Assembly (NCBI GenBank): GCA_964506075.1
Contig: CAZDKO010000005.1
Span: forward strand, 1 to 62,527
Source: an uncultured bacterium
GTDB taxonomy: Bacteria; CAZDME01; JAYEMH01
DNA: 62,527 nucleotides
Direction of reading: 5' to 3'
In this document: positions 9,644-19,569 of the stretch, piece after piece
Layout: each line of letters opens with the position of its first letter
Numbering within the stretch: position 1 is the first letter of the stretch
Translations under genes and position numbers: made by a program
Notes under the pieces: model-generated
What the model was told of the DNA's origin: nothing
Seen by the model: only the letters and a program-made list of their open reading frames with translations
The model's database searches: none

Positions 9644-10693
9644 TTAGTTCATGATAAAAGGATAACTTTCCTCAAAAAAACAGTTAATCAGAAAATGACA
9701 ATTTTCTTTACAGCCCCTGATATTTTCCCGGATGGCACCGGCTTTCTCCGAAAGCCATAGAGTTCGGATGTCATCTTTTTGCTCTTTGATATTTCCCAGA
9801 CTTTTCCAGTTGTAACATAAAAAAATATCACCGACCGAACTGATGTGAATAGCCTGTTCAAGATTACAAGGGCCGCTTTTTACAAAACGGTCAGGAGCGC
9901 TTAAATATCTTTCAAAGGCCTCTAATTGAATGGGCTGATTCCCCACTAACTTTTGTTCAATCTGACTGTGCTTGATGATTTCATCAATAACGCTAACGGC
10001 TTTTTTCGTATCCTGCGGCCAGTATTGACTGAATTCTTTGGAGTTATACCAATGCTTATTTAATTCATCTTTACCGCAATAAGTATTATTCGGTTGCATC
10101 GGCACCTGAAAATTAATGGAACGGACCCGGGGGGAAATATTTTCTACCCATTCAAGCAGCTCAATGACTCCATCCAGGTTATCCTCCATAATTATGGTGG
10201 CAATGCCGATATGAAGACCGGGGTAATATTCGGCCAGATTATCTATCGCCTCCATTACCTTTTTATGGGCCCCTCTGACCCCGCGCCACCGGTCATGAAT
10301 CTCTTCATCCAGGCTGTCTAAAGAAAGAATGAGACTGAAAAGCCCTGAACGGGCTATTTCCTGAGCCGTTTTTTTATCGATTAAATAGCCGTTACTGGCG
10401 ACGGTTACTTTAAAACCGATATCAGCGCAATATCTGACAAAATCCCAGAGCCAATTCATAAGCAGAGGCTCGCCCCCGCCTATGTAAATCTCAAAATTTT
10501 CATCGACTAAATCCCTGATCTGAGAAGCGGCCCTCTTCCATTCTTCAAGCGTGGGTTTCGGTTTCCCGGAGGTGTGCTTGTCTTTCTTCCATTTGTCACA
10601 CATTTTGCAGCGTAAAATACAATCGTCTATTATCCCGAAACTGCAAAATTTTGGTTTAAGCGTCTGCCCTTTATCTGTTCCCTCTATTTTCAC
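9644..10693 (-). CDS. Radical SAM/twitch protein, array family member; close paralogue of 24459..25526
   Basis: CILRCKMCDKW, GGGEP and CKENCHFLINC. Confidence 0.9.
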   Translation of the reverse strand: MKIEGTDKGQTLKPKFCSFGIIDDCILRCKMCDKWKKDKHTSGKPKPTLEEWKRAASQIRDLVDENFEIYIGGGEPLLMNWLWDFVRYCADIGFKVTVASNGYLIDKKTAQEIARSGLFSLILSLDSLDEEIHDRWRGVRGAHKKVMEAIDNLAEYYPGLHIGIATIIMEDNLDGVIELLEWVENISPRVRSINFQVPMQPNNTYCGKDELNKHWYNSKEFSQYWPQDTKKAVSVIDEIIKHSQIEQKLVGNQPIQLEAFERYLSAPDRFVKSGPCNLEQAIHISSVGDIFLCYNWKSLGNIKEQKDDIRTLWLSEKAGAIRENIRGCKENCHFLINCFFEESYPFIMN

Positions 10694-11685
10694 TGATATT
10701 CTTCCTCATAAACACAATTAATTAAAAGCTCACAATTTTTCTTGCAATTATGCATTTTTTCTCTGACTGAATCGGCCCTGGCCGAATTCCATATTTCAGA
10801 AAAATTTTGATTCTTTATATTCGCTAAAGGCTCGTGTTTAAAACAAAGATATATTTGCCCTTTAACATCCAGAAAAATTGAAGAGTAACCTAAATTACAT
10901 TCTGTTTTTTTTATAAAATTCAAAGGGGTTTCAAAATAACTTTCAAAAACTTCCAGCTGGGAAGAAGAATTTATTATTTTATAGCCTTTCCTTTTTAAAG
11001 CCGCTATCTCTTTTAATACGCTTTTAAGCTGCGATATATCTTTAGGCCAGAGATAAGAAAAAGGGCTGTTTTTATACCAGAACTCGTCTGCCGGCGATTC
11101 ATAAGGCCGCATCAGGGCCAGAAGATTAATACCGTTAATTTTCTCATGATTGTTTACCCAATCTATCAAAGGGAAAAGACCATCCAAAGTCTGCTCTGAA
11201 ATAATAGCGTTGATACCTAAATAAACATCCGGATAAATTTTATTCAGAATCTCAATAGCCCTCATCACCCTGCTCCAGCTTCCAGTAACACCCCTTAAGA
11301 AATCATGCGTTTTCTCATCCAGACTATCCAGAGACAGGAAGATACTATTCAGACCGCTATCGTTCATTTGCCGAGACATATTTTCATCTAATAAATACGC
11401 ATTGGTATTTATTAAAGAAGAAAAACCGCAATGGCGAATAAATTTTACTATATCCAGGAAATCGCTTCTTAAAAGAGGTTCTCCGCCAATTAAATTAAAT
11501 AAAACCGGCTTATCACAGAAATCCTTCAACTGTAATATAAAATTTTTAATGGTGGCAGTGTCCATCGTTTCTTTAAAACGGCTTTGTGTTTCCCACATTC
11601 TGCACATTTTACATTTAAACGTACATTGCTGGGTAACGGTTAAAACACAAAAATTCGGTTTTTTAGATTGTCTTTCTATAATCAT
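10690..11685 (-). CDS. Radical SAM/twitch protein, array family member
   Basis: CTFKCKMCRMW, GGEP and CKKNCELLINC; ATGA-type overlaps with both neighbours. Confidence 0.9.
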   Translation of the reverse strand: MIIERQSKKPNFCVLTVTQQCTFKCKMCRMWETQSRFKETMDTATIKNFILQLKDFCDKPVLFNLIGGEPLLRSDFLDIVKFIRHCGFSSLINTNAYLLDENMSRQMNDSGLNSIFLSLDSLDEKTHDFLRGVTGSWSRVMRAIEILNKIYPDVYLGINAIISEQTLDGLFPLIDWVNNHEKINGINLLALMRPYESPADEFWYKNSPFSYLWPKDISQLKSVLKEIAALKRKGYKIINSSSQLEVFESYFETPLNFIKKTECNLGYSSIFLDVKGQIYLCFKHEPLANIKNQNFSEIWNSARADSVREKMHNCKKNCELLINCVYEEEYQ

Positions 11686-13247
11686 TTTATTTTTCCCGCT
11701 TGGAAAGCATCCTCTCCAAGAAATTTATATAAATTAATTTCTTTTAAATCCTGTATCATGGTCAACAAATTCTGATGATTATCGCAGTGGGTGCAATGTT
11801 CGTCATAAAGTTTCATCCCGTTTAAAAACTCAACGTCTTTATAATTTGACATAAATTTAGCTTCATATCGTCTTTGCCTGTAATAATCAGACTGCCAGAT
11901 TTCTTTAAATCGCTTTTCATCTAAATAACCTACCGTCCTGAGGTGGCAGCACATACTTATATCGCCTACCGCCGGAATTAAACAGAAACACCATCCAATA
12001 TGACAGCCTTCTTTTAAGAAAACGTCTTTAGACCACGAACCGGTGTCATTATCATAATTAGAAAGCTGGAATTTTATGTTGTCCACAAATTCTATCCCGG
12101 CTTTTTTAAAAATACCGGCTATAACCGGGAGGTCTCTCTGGATACTGGCAATTTGTTCATCGTTTAATTTTAAATGTCGGTTGTTTTTATCAAGCCTTAT
12201 AAGATAAAACCGGGCTGAATCTGTACCTATATAGACATCTAATTCGGCCATTTTTATAAGTTCGTCATAATTTAATTTGTGAATGACATGGGTCATCGTT
12301 AATATCGGCTGTCTCTTCGCTTTTTCCCTCTTTATGTCCATTAATCTTTTCATATTTTCAACGATAACGTTAAACCATTCCCCCTTCTTGGAATTCGGGC
12401 AGACTTCTTCATAAGTTTTTTCACTTCCGGCCGGTAAGGAACAATATATCTGACTGATGCCTAAGCCTATGACCTCCCGGGCAATTTTTTCATCAAGGAA
12501 ACATCCGTTGGTAAAAAAAAGAGATTTCATTTTTTTCTTTCTTACGTATCTTATCATCTCTAAAAAGTCAGGATGTAACAGGGGTTCTCCGTCTCCCTGA
12601 AGAATAATATCTTCGGCTTTAAGCTCGGCCGCATCATCCATAATTTCTTTAAATTTATCCAGCGTAATCTTTCTATCCAGGAATCCCGGGGCATGGTTAA
12701 TAACCGGATTATGAACAAAACAATGGACACAACCCACGTTGCATCGATGATAAGGGTCAAGCACGATTGTCTGGGGCCCGATAAAAGCCTCTTCACAAAC
12801 AACCCCTAATAACCGGGCAATTCGTTTTTCTTTGTGCGGATAATGGTAGGCCCGGTTACCGGCAATTTCCAGAATAAACCTTAAATCATCATCAATCAAT
12901 TTTAATTCCATATTTCCCAGACGGTTGCATAACCTCCTTAATTTTTCAATATACGTAAAGAAGTTACTGACAATATCACGCACCGGAAAAGCCTTAAATT
13001 CGTTATTTAATATCATTCTCTCTTCATCGCTGAGTTTCTTTTTTAAGAGAGCGGTAGCGAATTCAACGATTTTATTGAGTCTGAAAAAATTATATCTGGA
13101 AATACCGATAACCACTTTAACCCCTTTATTTTTAACCTGCGCTTCAATCAAGGTTATGGTATTACGGAAATCAGCTTGACTGGCAATACGATTATGTAAC
13201 TGGGCATAATCGCCGCATAATAAAATTTTTGAATCTAATCTACGCAT
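11682..13247 (-). CDS. Radical SAM/twitch protein with a ~150-aa N-terminal extension
   Basis: GPQTIVLD..HRCNVGCVHC, GDGEP, CHIGW...MCC...CTHCDN; same subfamily as the triple-rSAM domains. Confidence 0.85.
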   Translation of the reverse strand: MRRLDSKILLCGDYAQLHNRIASQADFRNTITLIEAQVKNKGVKVVIGISRYNFFRLNKIVEFATALLKKKLSDEERMILNNEFKAFPVRDIVSNFFTYIEKLRRLCNRLGNMELKLIDDDLRFILEIAGNRAYHYPHKEKRIARLLGVVCEEAFIGPQTIVLDPYHRCNVGCVHCFVHNPVINHAPGFLDRKITLDKFKEIMDDAAELKAEDIILQGDGEPLLHPDFLEMIRYVRKKKMKSLFFTNGCFLDEKIAREVIGLGISQIYCSLPAGSEKTYEEVCPNSKKGEWFNVIVENMKRLMDIKREKAKRQPILTMTHVIHKLNYDELIKMAELDVYIGTDSARFYLIRLDKNNRHLKLNDEQIASIQRDLPVIAGIFKKAGIEFVDNIKFQLSNYDNDTGSWSKDVFLKEGCHIGWCFCLIPAVGDISMCCHLRTVGYLDEKRFKEIWQSDYYRQRRYEAKFMSNYKDVEFLNGMKLYDEHCTHCDNHQNLLTMIQDLKEINLYKFLGEDAFQAGKIK

Positions 13248-13297
13248 TTTATAAAAAACCCTCTCTTTTTTTTATTTTATCTCAGTTTATCTGGCCG

Positions 13298-14323
13298 TCA
13301 CTGGCCATCTTCAAAATAACAGTTAACCAAGGGTCCGCAATATTTCTGACAGGACTCCATTTTCCTTCTTATCTCATTGGCTTCCCGGGAATACCAGAGG
13401 TCTCTCAGATTAACACCTTCTGCCCTGAGGTTACCCACCCTTCCGTAGATATGGCAAAGGTTAATATCGCCTAAAGGGCTGACGCTAAAAATATGTTTCC
13501 CTTTACGACATTTTACTTTTCGGTTAAATCCCTGAGGGTCCTGGAAATATAATTTAAAAGCTTCCAGTTGCCCAAGGGGGTTGGCAATTTTAAAACCCCT
13601 TTTTTTCAGCTCAATTAATCCGTCTATAACCGCATTCACTTCTTCGGTATTATCGGGCCAGAGACCCTTGAACTCATCCCGGAGATACCACTTGTTATCC
13701 GTAAACCAGCCATCGTCAGAACTGGAAAAATTAGGTTGAACGATAGCTTGAAAATACATATTTCCTATCCGGCGGTCACGCTCTCCCCACTCAGCCAATT
13801 CGATTATTTCGGCTAAATTATGTTTCATAATAATCGTCTGGAGACTTAAGCTGAAACCATCCACTCTAAATTTATCCAGGTAATCAATGGCTCTGAAGAC
13901 CTTTTTATACACACCCTCCACTCCTCTTATATAATCGTGAGTCTTCTCATCTAAACTATCCAGAGAAATACCCAGGCAATTCAAGCCCGAACCGGCTATT
14001 TCTCTGGCCAGGGTTTCATCTATTAAATAAGCGTTTGAAACCATTATGACCTTAAACCCCTGTCGGGCGGTAAACCGGATCAGGTCTAAAACCCCTTCTT
14101 TTAATAACGGCTCCCCGCCGGTAATATTTATCTCTATTTGCGTCCCCAGTTGTTCACGAAGGCGAACGATAAAATTTTTCCATTCATCAATGCTGAGTTC
14201 ATCGGGCGTACCTTTACATTTCCAATTCCCGCACATTTTACAGCGTAACATGCATTTTTCTAAAACCTCCAGGACACAAACCTGAGGATTTAAGAGGTCC
14301 TTGTTTTCCGATTTTCCTTTCAT
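13298..14323 (-). CDS. Radical SAM/twitch protein, array family member
   Basis: CMLRCKMCGNW, GGEP and CQKYCGPLVNC. Start moved to the ATG at 14323 (MKGKSEN), which has a GGAG RBS and follows the upstream stop at 14326. Confidence 0.9.
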   Translation of the reverse strand: MKGKSENKDLLNPQVCVLEVLEKCMLRCKMCGNWKCKGTPDELSIDEWKNFIVRLREQLGTQIEINITGGEPLLKEGVLDLIRFTARQGFKVIMVSNAYLIDETLAREIAGSGLNCLGISLDSLDEKTHDYIRGVEGVYKKVFRAIDYLDKFRVDGFSLSLQTIIMKHNLAEIIELAEWGERDRRIGNMYFQAIVQPNFSSSDDGWFTDNKWYLRDEFKGLWPDNTEEVNAVIDGLIELKKRGFKIANPLGQLEAFKLYFQDPQGFNRKVKCRKGKHIFSVSPLGDINLCHIYGRVGNLRAEGVNLRDLWYSREANEIRRKMESCQKYCGPLVNCYFEDGQ

Positions 14324-14325
14324 AC

Positions 14326-15297
14326 TCAGTCTCCATAGAAACAGTTTATCATCGGCTCGCAATTTCTCCGGCAGTGCTTTATTTCTTCTCTTACCTGTGC
14401 CGCTTTAGCACTACTCCAGATATTTTCAATAGTCTCGTTTTTAATGTTCCCAATTGGGTCCATGTTCCAGCAGAGATAAACATCGCCTCCGGAAGAAACA
14501 TTCAAAACAATCTCATCAAAATTACACCGGTCATCCCGGACGAACCTCCCGACGGGATTCTCAAAATACACCTTAAACATCTCCAGTTGAGAAACGGGGT
14601 TGGTAATTTTATACCCTTTCTTCTTGAGTAAAATCAACTGGTCAATTATTTCATGAACCCTTTCGGTCTCAGACGGCCATAAGAAACTGTATTCTTTCTG
14701 TCTATACCAGAATTTATCCGTCTCTGAACAGTGGGGCTGCATAATGGCCATAAAATTGATGGAGGCGATTTTTTCATTTTGATTGACCCAGTCGGCCAGC
14801 GGTAAAATATCACTCAAGTTTTCATTCATGATGATGGTTAAAATATCGGTTTTACACTCTGATTGGCATTGGTAAATATAGTCTACCGCCCCCATAACTT
14901 TTTTATAGACGCCTTTAACGCCGCGGATGGAATCGTGAGTCTCTTCTCTCAGACTATCTAAAGATATACCTAAAGTATTAAGGCCGGCTTTCGCGATCAT
15001 ACCGGCCACTTTCTGATTTATAAGAAAACCGCTACTAGGCATTGAGACCCGTAGCCCCTTCGTGCGAATAAAACTAATCAGTTCATAAATATAATCTTTC
15101 AATAATGGCTCTCCCCCTAGAATGTTAACCTCAATCGGGTAATCCAAAAATAAACTTAATTCTTCAATAAATTTCTTCCATTCCGGTAAACCGATTTCTT
15201 TTTCATTCCGGGGCACCTTCCACATAAAACACATCTTGCACCTTAAAGGACACTCAAAACCCAGAGAAATCATGCAATATTTTGGTTTTTTAAGCAT
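14326..15297 (-). CDS. Radical SAM/twitch protein, array family member
   Basis: CPLRCKMCFMW, GGEP and CRRNCEPMINC. Confidence 0.9.
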   Translation of the reverse strand: MLKKPKYCMISLGFECPLRCKMCFMWKVPRNEKEIGLPEWKKFIEELSLFLDYPIEVNILGGEPLLKDYIYELISFIRTKGLRVSMPSSGFLINQKVAGMIAKAGLNTLGISLDSLREETHDSIRGVKGVYKKVMGAVDYIYQCQSECKTDILTIIMNENLSDILPLADWVNQNEKIASINFMAIMQPHCSETDKFWYRQKEYSFLWPSETERVHEIIDQLILLKKKGYKITNPVSQLEMFKVYFENPVGRFVRDDRCNFDEIVLNVSSGGDVYLCWNMDPIGNIKNETIENIWSSAKAAQVREEIKHCRRNCEPMINCFYGD

Positions 15298-15312
15298 CGG
15301 CTTTATCCCTTT

Positions 15313-16401
15313 TTAAGATGAACTGAATAACTCATGGGTTTGTTTAAGTAAAGCCACAATATCCAGTTTCTGGGGACAGCGCGGTAAACATTGACCGCAC
15401 TCTATACAAGCATCGGCTCTCTTAAATTCATTCTGGTATTGTCTCCTGGCCCAGTCTTTAAGGCCATAAATTTTATAATAATTCAGATATTTTAAAACCC
15501 GCGGTATTTCAATGTTCTGGCTGCACGGACGGCAATAACCGCAATGATTGCAAAAACTATTGCCTAAAGATTTAAATTGTTTGACAATTTTATCGATTTC
15601 CTGCAGTTCCTGTTCTCTAAGTAAACCAATGTCCTCTCCGATAGAGGCATTCTCTTCAACTTCACTCACTCTCCCCATCCCGGAAAGAGCCGTGCATACA
15701 TATGGGTTTGAAATTACGAATCTAAGCCCAAGATGGGCTGTGGGAAAGGTAGCGTCTGCTAATCGCCTCTGTATTTCATCCGGCGGAGGTACTAACATTC
15801 CACCGGCCAAGGGATTCATAATGATCACCCCGATACCCATTTCACTGGCTTTTTGAATCAACTCTTCTTTTTCGCGGTTTAGCATATTATAGTGAACGGT
15901 TAAACATTCAAACACGCCCGGTTCCAGATACCGCCTAATGTTTTCGCTCGTATCGTGGCTGGTTATCCCGATATGGTCAATAAGACCTTCCTGCCGGGCC
16001 CTCTGGGCTCCTTCTAACGGTCCGCCTTTAGACATCATCACTTCAAATGTTCCCTGGTCATTTATCCCCCACATCTGATAGAAATCTATTTTTTCCACCC
16101 CCATTTTTTTTAATGCTTCATCTATAGCTCGTCTTACTCCGTCGGCGGTGCTGGTAAAATCGTGCTTGGGGTGAGATTTAGTGGAGATAAAAACTTTATC
16201 CCTGTTCCCTTTTATCCCTTTACCCAGAATCAGTTCACTCTGGTTATCGCAATATATATGAGAGGTCTCAAAAAAATTTATCCCTAATTCAATCGCCCGG
16301 CGGATATTTCCAACTGCATCTTCATTAAACCACTGCGTTCCGCCAAACCCGACTACCGAAAACATTTTTCCTGTCTTACCTAACGGCCGGTATTTCATCA
16401 A
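15313..16401 (-). CDS. Aldo/keto reductase with a C-terminal 2x[4Fe-4S] domain (COG1453-like)
   Basis: YRPLGKTG...GFGG, FFETSHIY, STK, GITSH and MNPLAGG (AKR barrel), then CNHCGYCRPC and CIECGQCLPRC. Confidence 0.88.
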   Translation of the reverse strand: MMKYRPLGKTGKMFSVVGFGGTQWFNEDAVGNIRRAIELGINFFETSHIYCDNQSELILGKGIKGNRDKVFISTKSHPKHDFTSTADGVRRAIDEALKKMGVEKIDFYQMWGINDQGTFEVMMSKGGPLEGAQRARQEGLIDHIGITSHDTSENIRRYLEPGVFECLTVHYNMLNREKEELIQKASEMGIGVIIMNPLAGGMLVPPPDEIQRRLADATFPTAHLGLRFVISNPYVCTALSGMGRVSEVEENASIGEDIGLLREQELQEIDKIVKQFKSLGNSFCNHCGYCRPCSQNIEIPRVLKYLNYYKIYGLKDWARRQYQNEFKRADACIECGQCLPRCPQKLDIVALLKQTHELFSSS

Positions 16402-17447
16402 ACTTCTCCTTTTTCTTTGTTTTCGTCCTCATAGCTATAATTAAACATCAGGTCGCGACAGATATTCTTACAGGTTAATACCCGGTTACGGATAAATTCG
16501 GCTTCTTTTGAAACCCACAACTCCCCCAGGGGTTTATTGCGGATATTACCGACTTCCCCGGTCCGCGAGCAAAAAGAGAGATTTCCCACCGGGTCTATAA
16601 TAGCCACCTGATTAAAAATATTACAGCGTATATCCCCGGTGACGGCTTCTGGGTTCCGGTAATAACTTTTATAAAGCTCCAGTTGTGATATTTCATTGGA
16701 TATCTTGGGACTACCCTGACGTTTGAGAGCGATTATCTCCTCTATTGACTCGTTAAGGACGCTATTATCCTTTGGCCAGAGAAAACTAAATTCGTCTGAT
16801 TTATACCACCTTTCATCCTCGGGAGAATTAAGGGGCTGTTTGAGCGCCTGGAGAGAAATAAATTGAATTCGCTTATCTTCTTCGGCAAATTTTACCAATT
16901 GAACCAGTTCGGTAACGTTATGCTCTAAAATTACCGATTGTATCCCGATATCTATGGGTTTTTTCAATTCAGAGCGGTATCTCTCCAGTAAATCGAGCGC
17001 CTCCATCACTTTTAAGTAACAGCCTTTTTTACCCCTTAGATAATCGTGGATTTCCGGTTTAAGGCTATCCAGCGATAAGATAATGGTTGATAATCCGGAG
17101 TCAACCACTCTTTTAGCTATCTCATCCGTTATCAAAACCGCATTGGTGACTATATCAGCCATAAATTTATCTTTATAAGCACCTATATATTCTACCAGGT
17201 CTAAAATGCCCTCCTTCATTAAAGGTTCGCCACCGACTAAATGTATTTTACTCGGACGCTCAATAAAATATTTCAAAGAATCAATAAAACTTTTCCACTC
17301 TTCAATCGTCAATTCATTTTCTCTCTGGAAACTTTTCCATTGATGACAAATTTTGCATTTCAACATGCAAATATCCAGCATCACCAACACGTAATTTCTG
17401 GGCTTAAACACGGTTACGTCCTTAGCGGCGTTCATTTCTGTTTTCAA
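16398..17447 (-). CDS. Radical SAM/twitch protein, array family member (lacks the last auxiliary Cys)
   Basis: CMLKCKICHQW, GGEP; ends CKNICRDLMFNY. Confidence 0.88.
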   Translation of the reverse strand: MKTEMNAAKDVTVFKPRNYVLVMLDICMLKCKICHQWKSFQRENELTIEEWKSFIDSLKYFIERPSKIHLVGGEPLMKEGILDLVEYIGAYKDKFMADIVTNAVLITDEIAKRVVDSGLSTIILSLDSLKPEIHDYLRGKKGCYLKVMEALDLLERYRSELKKPIDIGIQSVILEHNVTELVQLVKFAEEDKRIQFISLQALKQPLNSPEDERWYKSDEFSFLWPKDNSVLNESIEEIIALKRQGSPKISNEISQLELYKSYYRNPEAVTGDIRCNIFNQVAIIDPVGNLSFCSRTGEVGNIRNKPLGELWVSKEAEFIRNRVLTCKNICRDLMFNYSYEDENKEKGEV

Positions 17448-17462
17448 TCTCCGTAATAATAA

Positions 17463-18500
17463 TTACTTTTCTTCTTCGTAATAGCAGTTTATAACCAGTT
17501 CACAATTCTTTTTACAGACCAACATTTGCTTTCTAATCCGGCCGGCTTCTTTGGAAAACCACCTCTCGGAAATATCATCTGTCCTGATATTTCCCAGTTT
17601 ATCCATAAAAAAACATATATACATATCTCCGATAGCGTTAACATTAACGGCGCGGTCGGAAAGGTTACACCGCTGTGACTTTACAAAAGCTTCAGGATTT
17701 TCAAAATATCTCTTGAAAATTTTAAACTGAGTGGTGGAATTCTCAATTTTATAGCCGGATTTTTTAAGATAAATTAATTTATCAATAACAAGATTGAGCC
17801 TCTCCAGATTCTCCGGCCATAAAAACTTATAGTCCTCTCTTTTATACCAGTCCCAGCTCAGGCTTGAACCAAAAGGCCTCATCACTGCCATAAAATATAT
17901 TGAATCAAGATATCTTTCCTGTTCCACCCATTCCGTAAGTTTAACGATATCCTCTAAATTAACCCCGGAAATAATGGTATTAATGCCTAACTTCATCCCT
18001 TTCTTCCCGATTTTATTAAAATACCCCAGTGCATCCATAACCCGCTGGAAACAGTCGTTTTTCCCCCTTAAAAAATCGTGGGTGGAAGGATTAAGACTTT
18101 CCAGAGATAAATTTAAATGACTGAGCCCGGAATCCACAATCGAGCGTGCCATTGATTCATCAATAGTATATCCGGAGCTGGTGATAACCGTTCTGGACCC
18201 TTTTTCTTTTATAAACTTCACCAGGTCTAATATGCCGTTTTTAATCAAGGTTTCTCCGCCGATAAGATGCACCTCTACGGGTTCAGAAGTAAATTTATTT
18301 AATGAATCTATAAATCTTTTACACTCTTCAATACTGATTTCATTTTCCAGTGTATCGAGTTTCCATAAATTACACATCTTGCAGCGCAGGATACAGCGGT
18401 TAGTGACGGTTAAAAGACAGGTTTTAGGCCTTCCCGGACCGGGTAAATTGTTGCTTTCCTTGGTATTTTGTTTAATAATCTCTTTTTGTTTTTTAAACAT
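17463..18500 (-). CDS. Radical SAM/twitch protein, array family member
   Basis: CILRCKMCNLW, GGET and CKKNCELVINC. The ATG at 18500 is preferred over the TTG at 18545, which overlaps the upstream gene; start uncertain. Confidence 0.88.
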   Translation of the reverse strand: MFKKQKEIIKQNTKESNNLPGPGRPKTCLLTVTNRCILRCKMCNLWKLDTLENEISIEECKRFIDSLNKFTSEPVEVHLIGGETLIKNGILDLVKFIKEKGSRTVITSSGYTIDESMARSIVDSGLSHLNLSLESLNPSTHDFLRGKNDCFQRVMDALGYFNKIGKKGMKLGINTIISGVNLEDIVKLTEWVEQERYLDSIYFMAVMRPFGSSLSWDWYKREDYKFLWPENLERLNLVIDKLIYLKKSGYKIENSTTQFKIFKRYFENPEAFVKSQRCNLSDRAVNVNAIGDMYICFFMDKLGNIRTDDISERWFSKEAGRIRKQMLVCKKNCELVINCYYEEEK

Positions 18501-18513
18501 ATCGTAAGGCGAT

Positions 18514-19548
18514 TTATCTGGCGATATAATCGGTAATATTTTCAATTTTATAAAAACAGTTAACCACGATATCGCAATCTTTATTACAACTGTTAATAGC
18601 CTCCTGGGCTTTCTGCATATCTTTAGAAAACCAGACTTCTGAAAATTTCCTTTCTCTTATATTAGCTATCGGCGGCATATAAAAACACATATTGATATCC
18701 CCATAGGCATTAATTTCCGGGGCTAAATCTCCGCGGGGGCACTTTACTTTACTGTCGTGAACAAACCGATACGGATTTCTGAAATACTCCTTTACCAATC
18801 TTAACTGTTCGGGAGGATTGCAAATTTTATATCCTTTTTCTTTAAGTAAAGCCAATTTCTCCAATATCTCACTTACCCTTTTGGTATTTTGCGGCCAGAC
18901 TTCATTATTATCCTTATTTTTATACCACTCTCTTTCGTAATTATCACAATCAAAAGGCTGTAAACAAGCGTTAAAAAATAAATCGTTTATTTTTTCATTG
19001 TTATTAACCCACTCGGTCAAAGAAAGAACTTCGTCCAGATTCTTTTCCATCAGAGTCATCGTTATTCCGATGCTGAGACGTTTTTCTTTATTATCTCCTC
19101 TATATTTATCCAGCCAATCAATCGCCTTCATAACCTGCCGATAACTGCCCTTGACTCCGCGGAGATAATCATGGGTTTCTTCCTTAAAACCATCCAGAGA
19201 AAGAAATATCCCGGTAAGACCCGACTCAACAATTTTTTGGGCCATCTCTTCGTCAATATAAAATCCGTTGGTGGTGATTGAACTGTTGAAGCCGCTTTGT
19301 TTAATATAAGAAACTATTTCCATTGAATCCTGCCTTAAAAAAACCTCCCCGCCAATTAAATGGATAAAAAGCGGCTCGGTAGTAACCTTCCTGAAATCGT
19401 CTATAAAATCTTTTATCTCCTCTATACTGAGCTCTTTTCTTTCCTGCGGTCTTTCAACATTTTTCCACATATTGCACATTTTACATCTAAAATTACATTG
19501 CTTTGAAATAACTAAAAGGCAGAAGGCCGGTTTCTTTACAGTTTCCAT
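18514..19548 (-). CDS. Radical SAM/twitch protein, array family member
   Basis: CNFRCKMCNMW, GGEV and CNKDCDIVVNC. The ATG at 19548 has a GGAG RBS (alternative ATG at 19563). Confidence 0.88.
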   Translation of the reverse strand: METVKKPAFCLLVISKQCNFRCKMCNMWKNVERPQERKELSIEEIKDFIDDFRKVTTEPLFIHLIGGEVFLRQDSMEIVSYIKQSGFNSSITTNGFYIDEEMAQKIVESGLTGIFLSLDGFKEETHDYLRGVKGSYRQVMKAIDWLDKYRGDNKEKRLSIGITMTLMEKNLDEVLSLTEWVNNNEKINDLFFNACLQPFDCDNYEREWYKNKDNNEVWPQNTKRVSEILEKLALLKEKGYKICNPPEQLRLVKEYFRNPYRFVHDSKVKCPRGDLAPEINAYGDINMCFYMPPIANIRERKFSEVWFSKDMQKAQEAINSCNKDCDIVVNCFYKIENITDYIAR

Positions 19549-19569
19549 TTTTACTCCAAGCATTATTCG

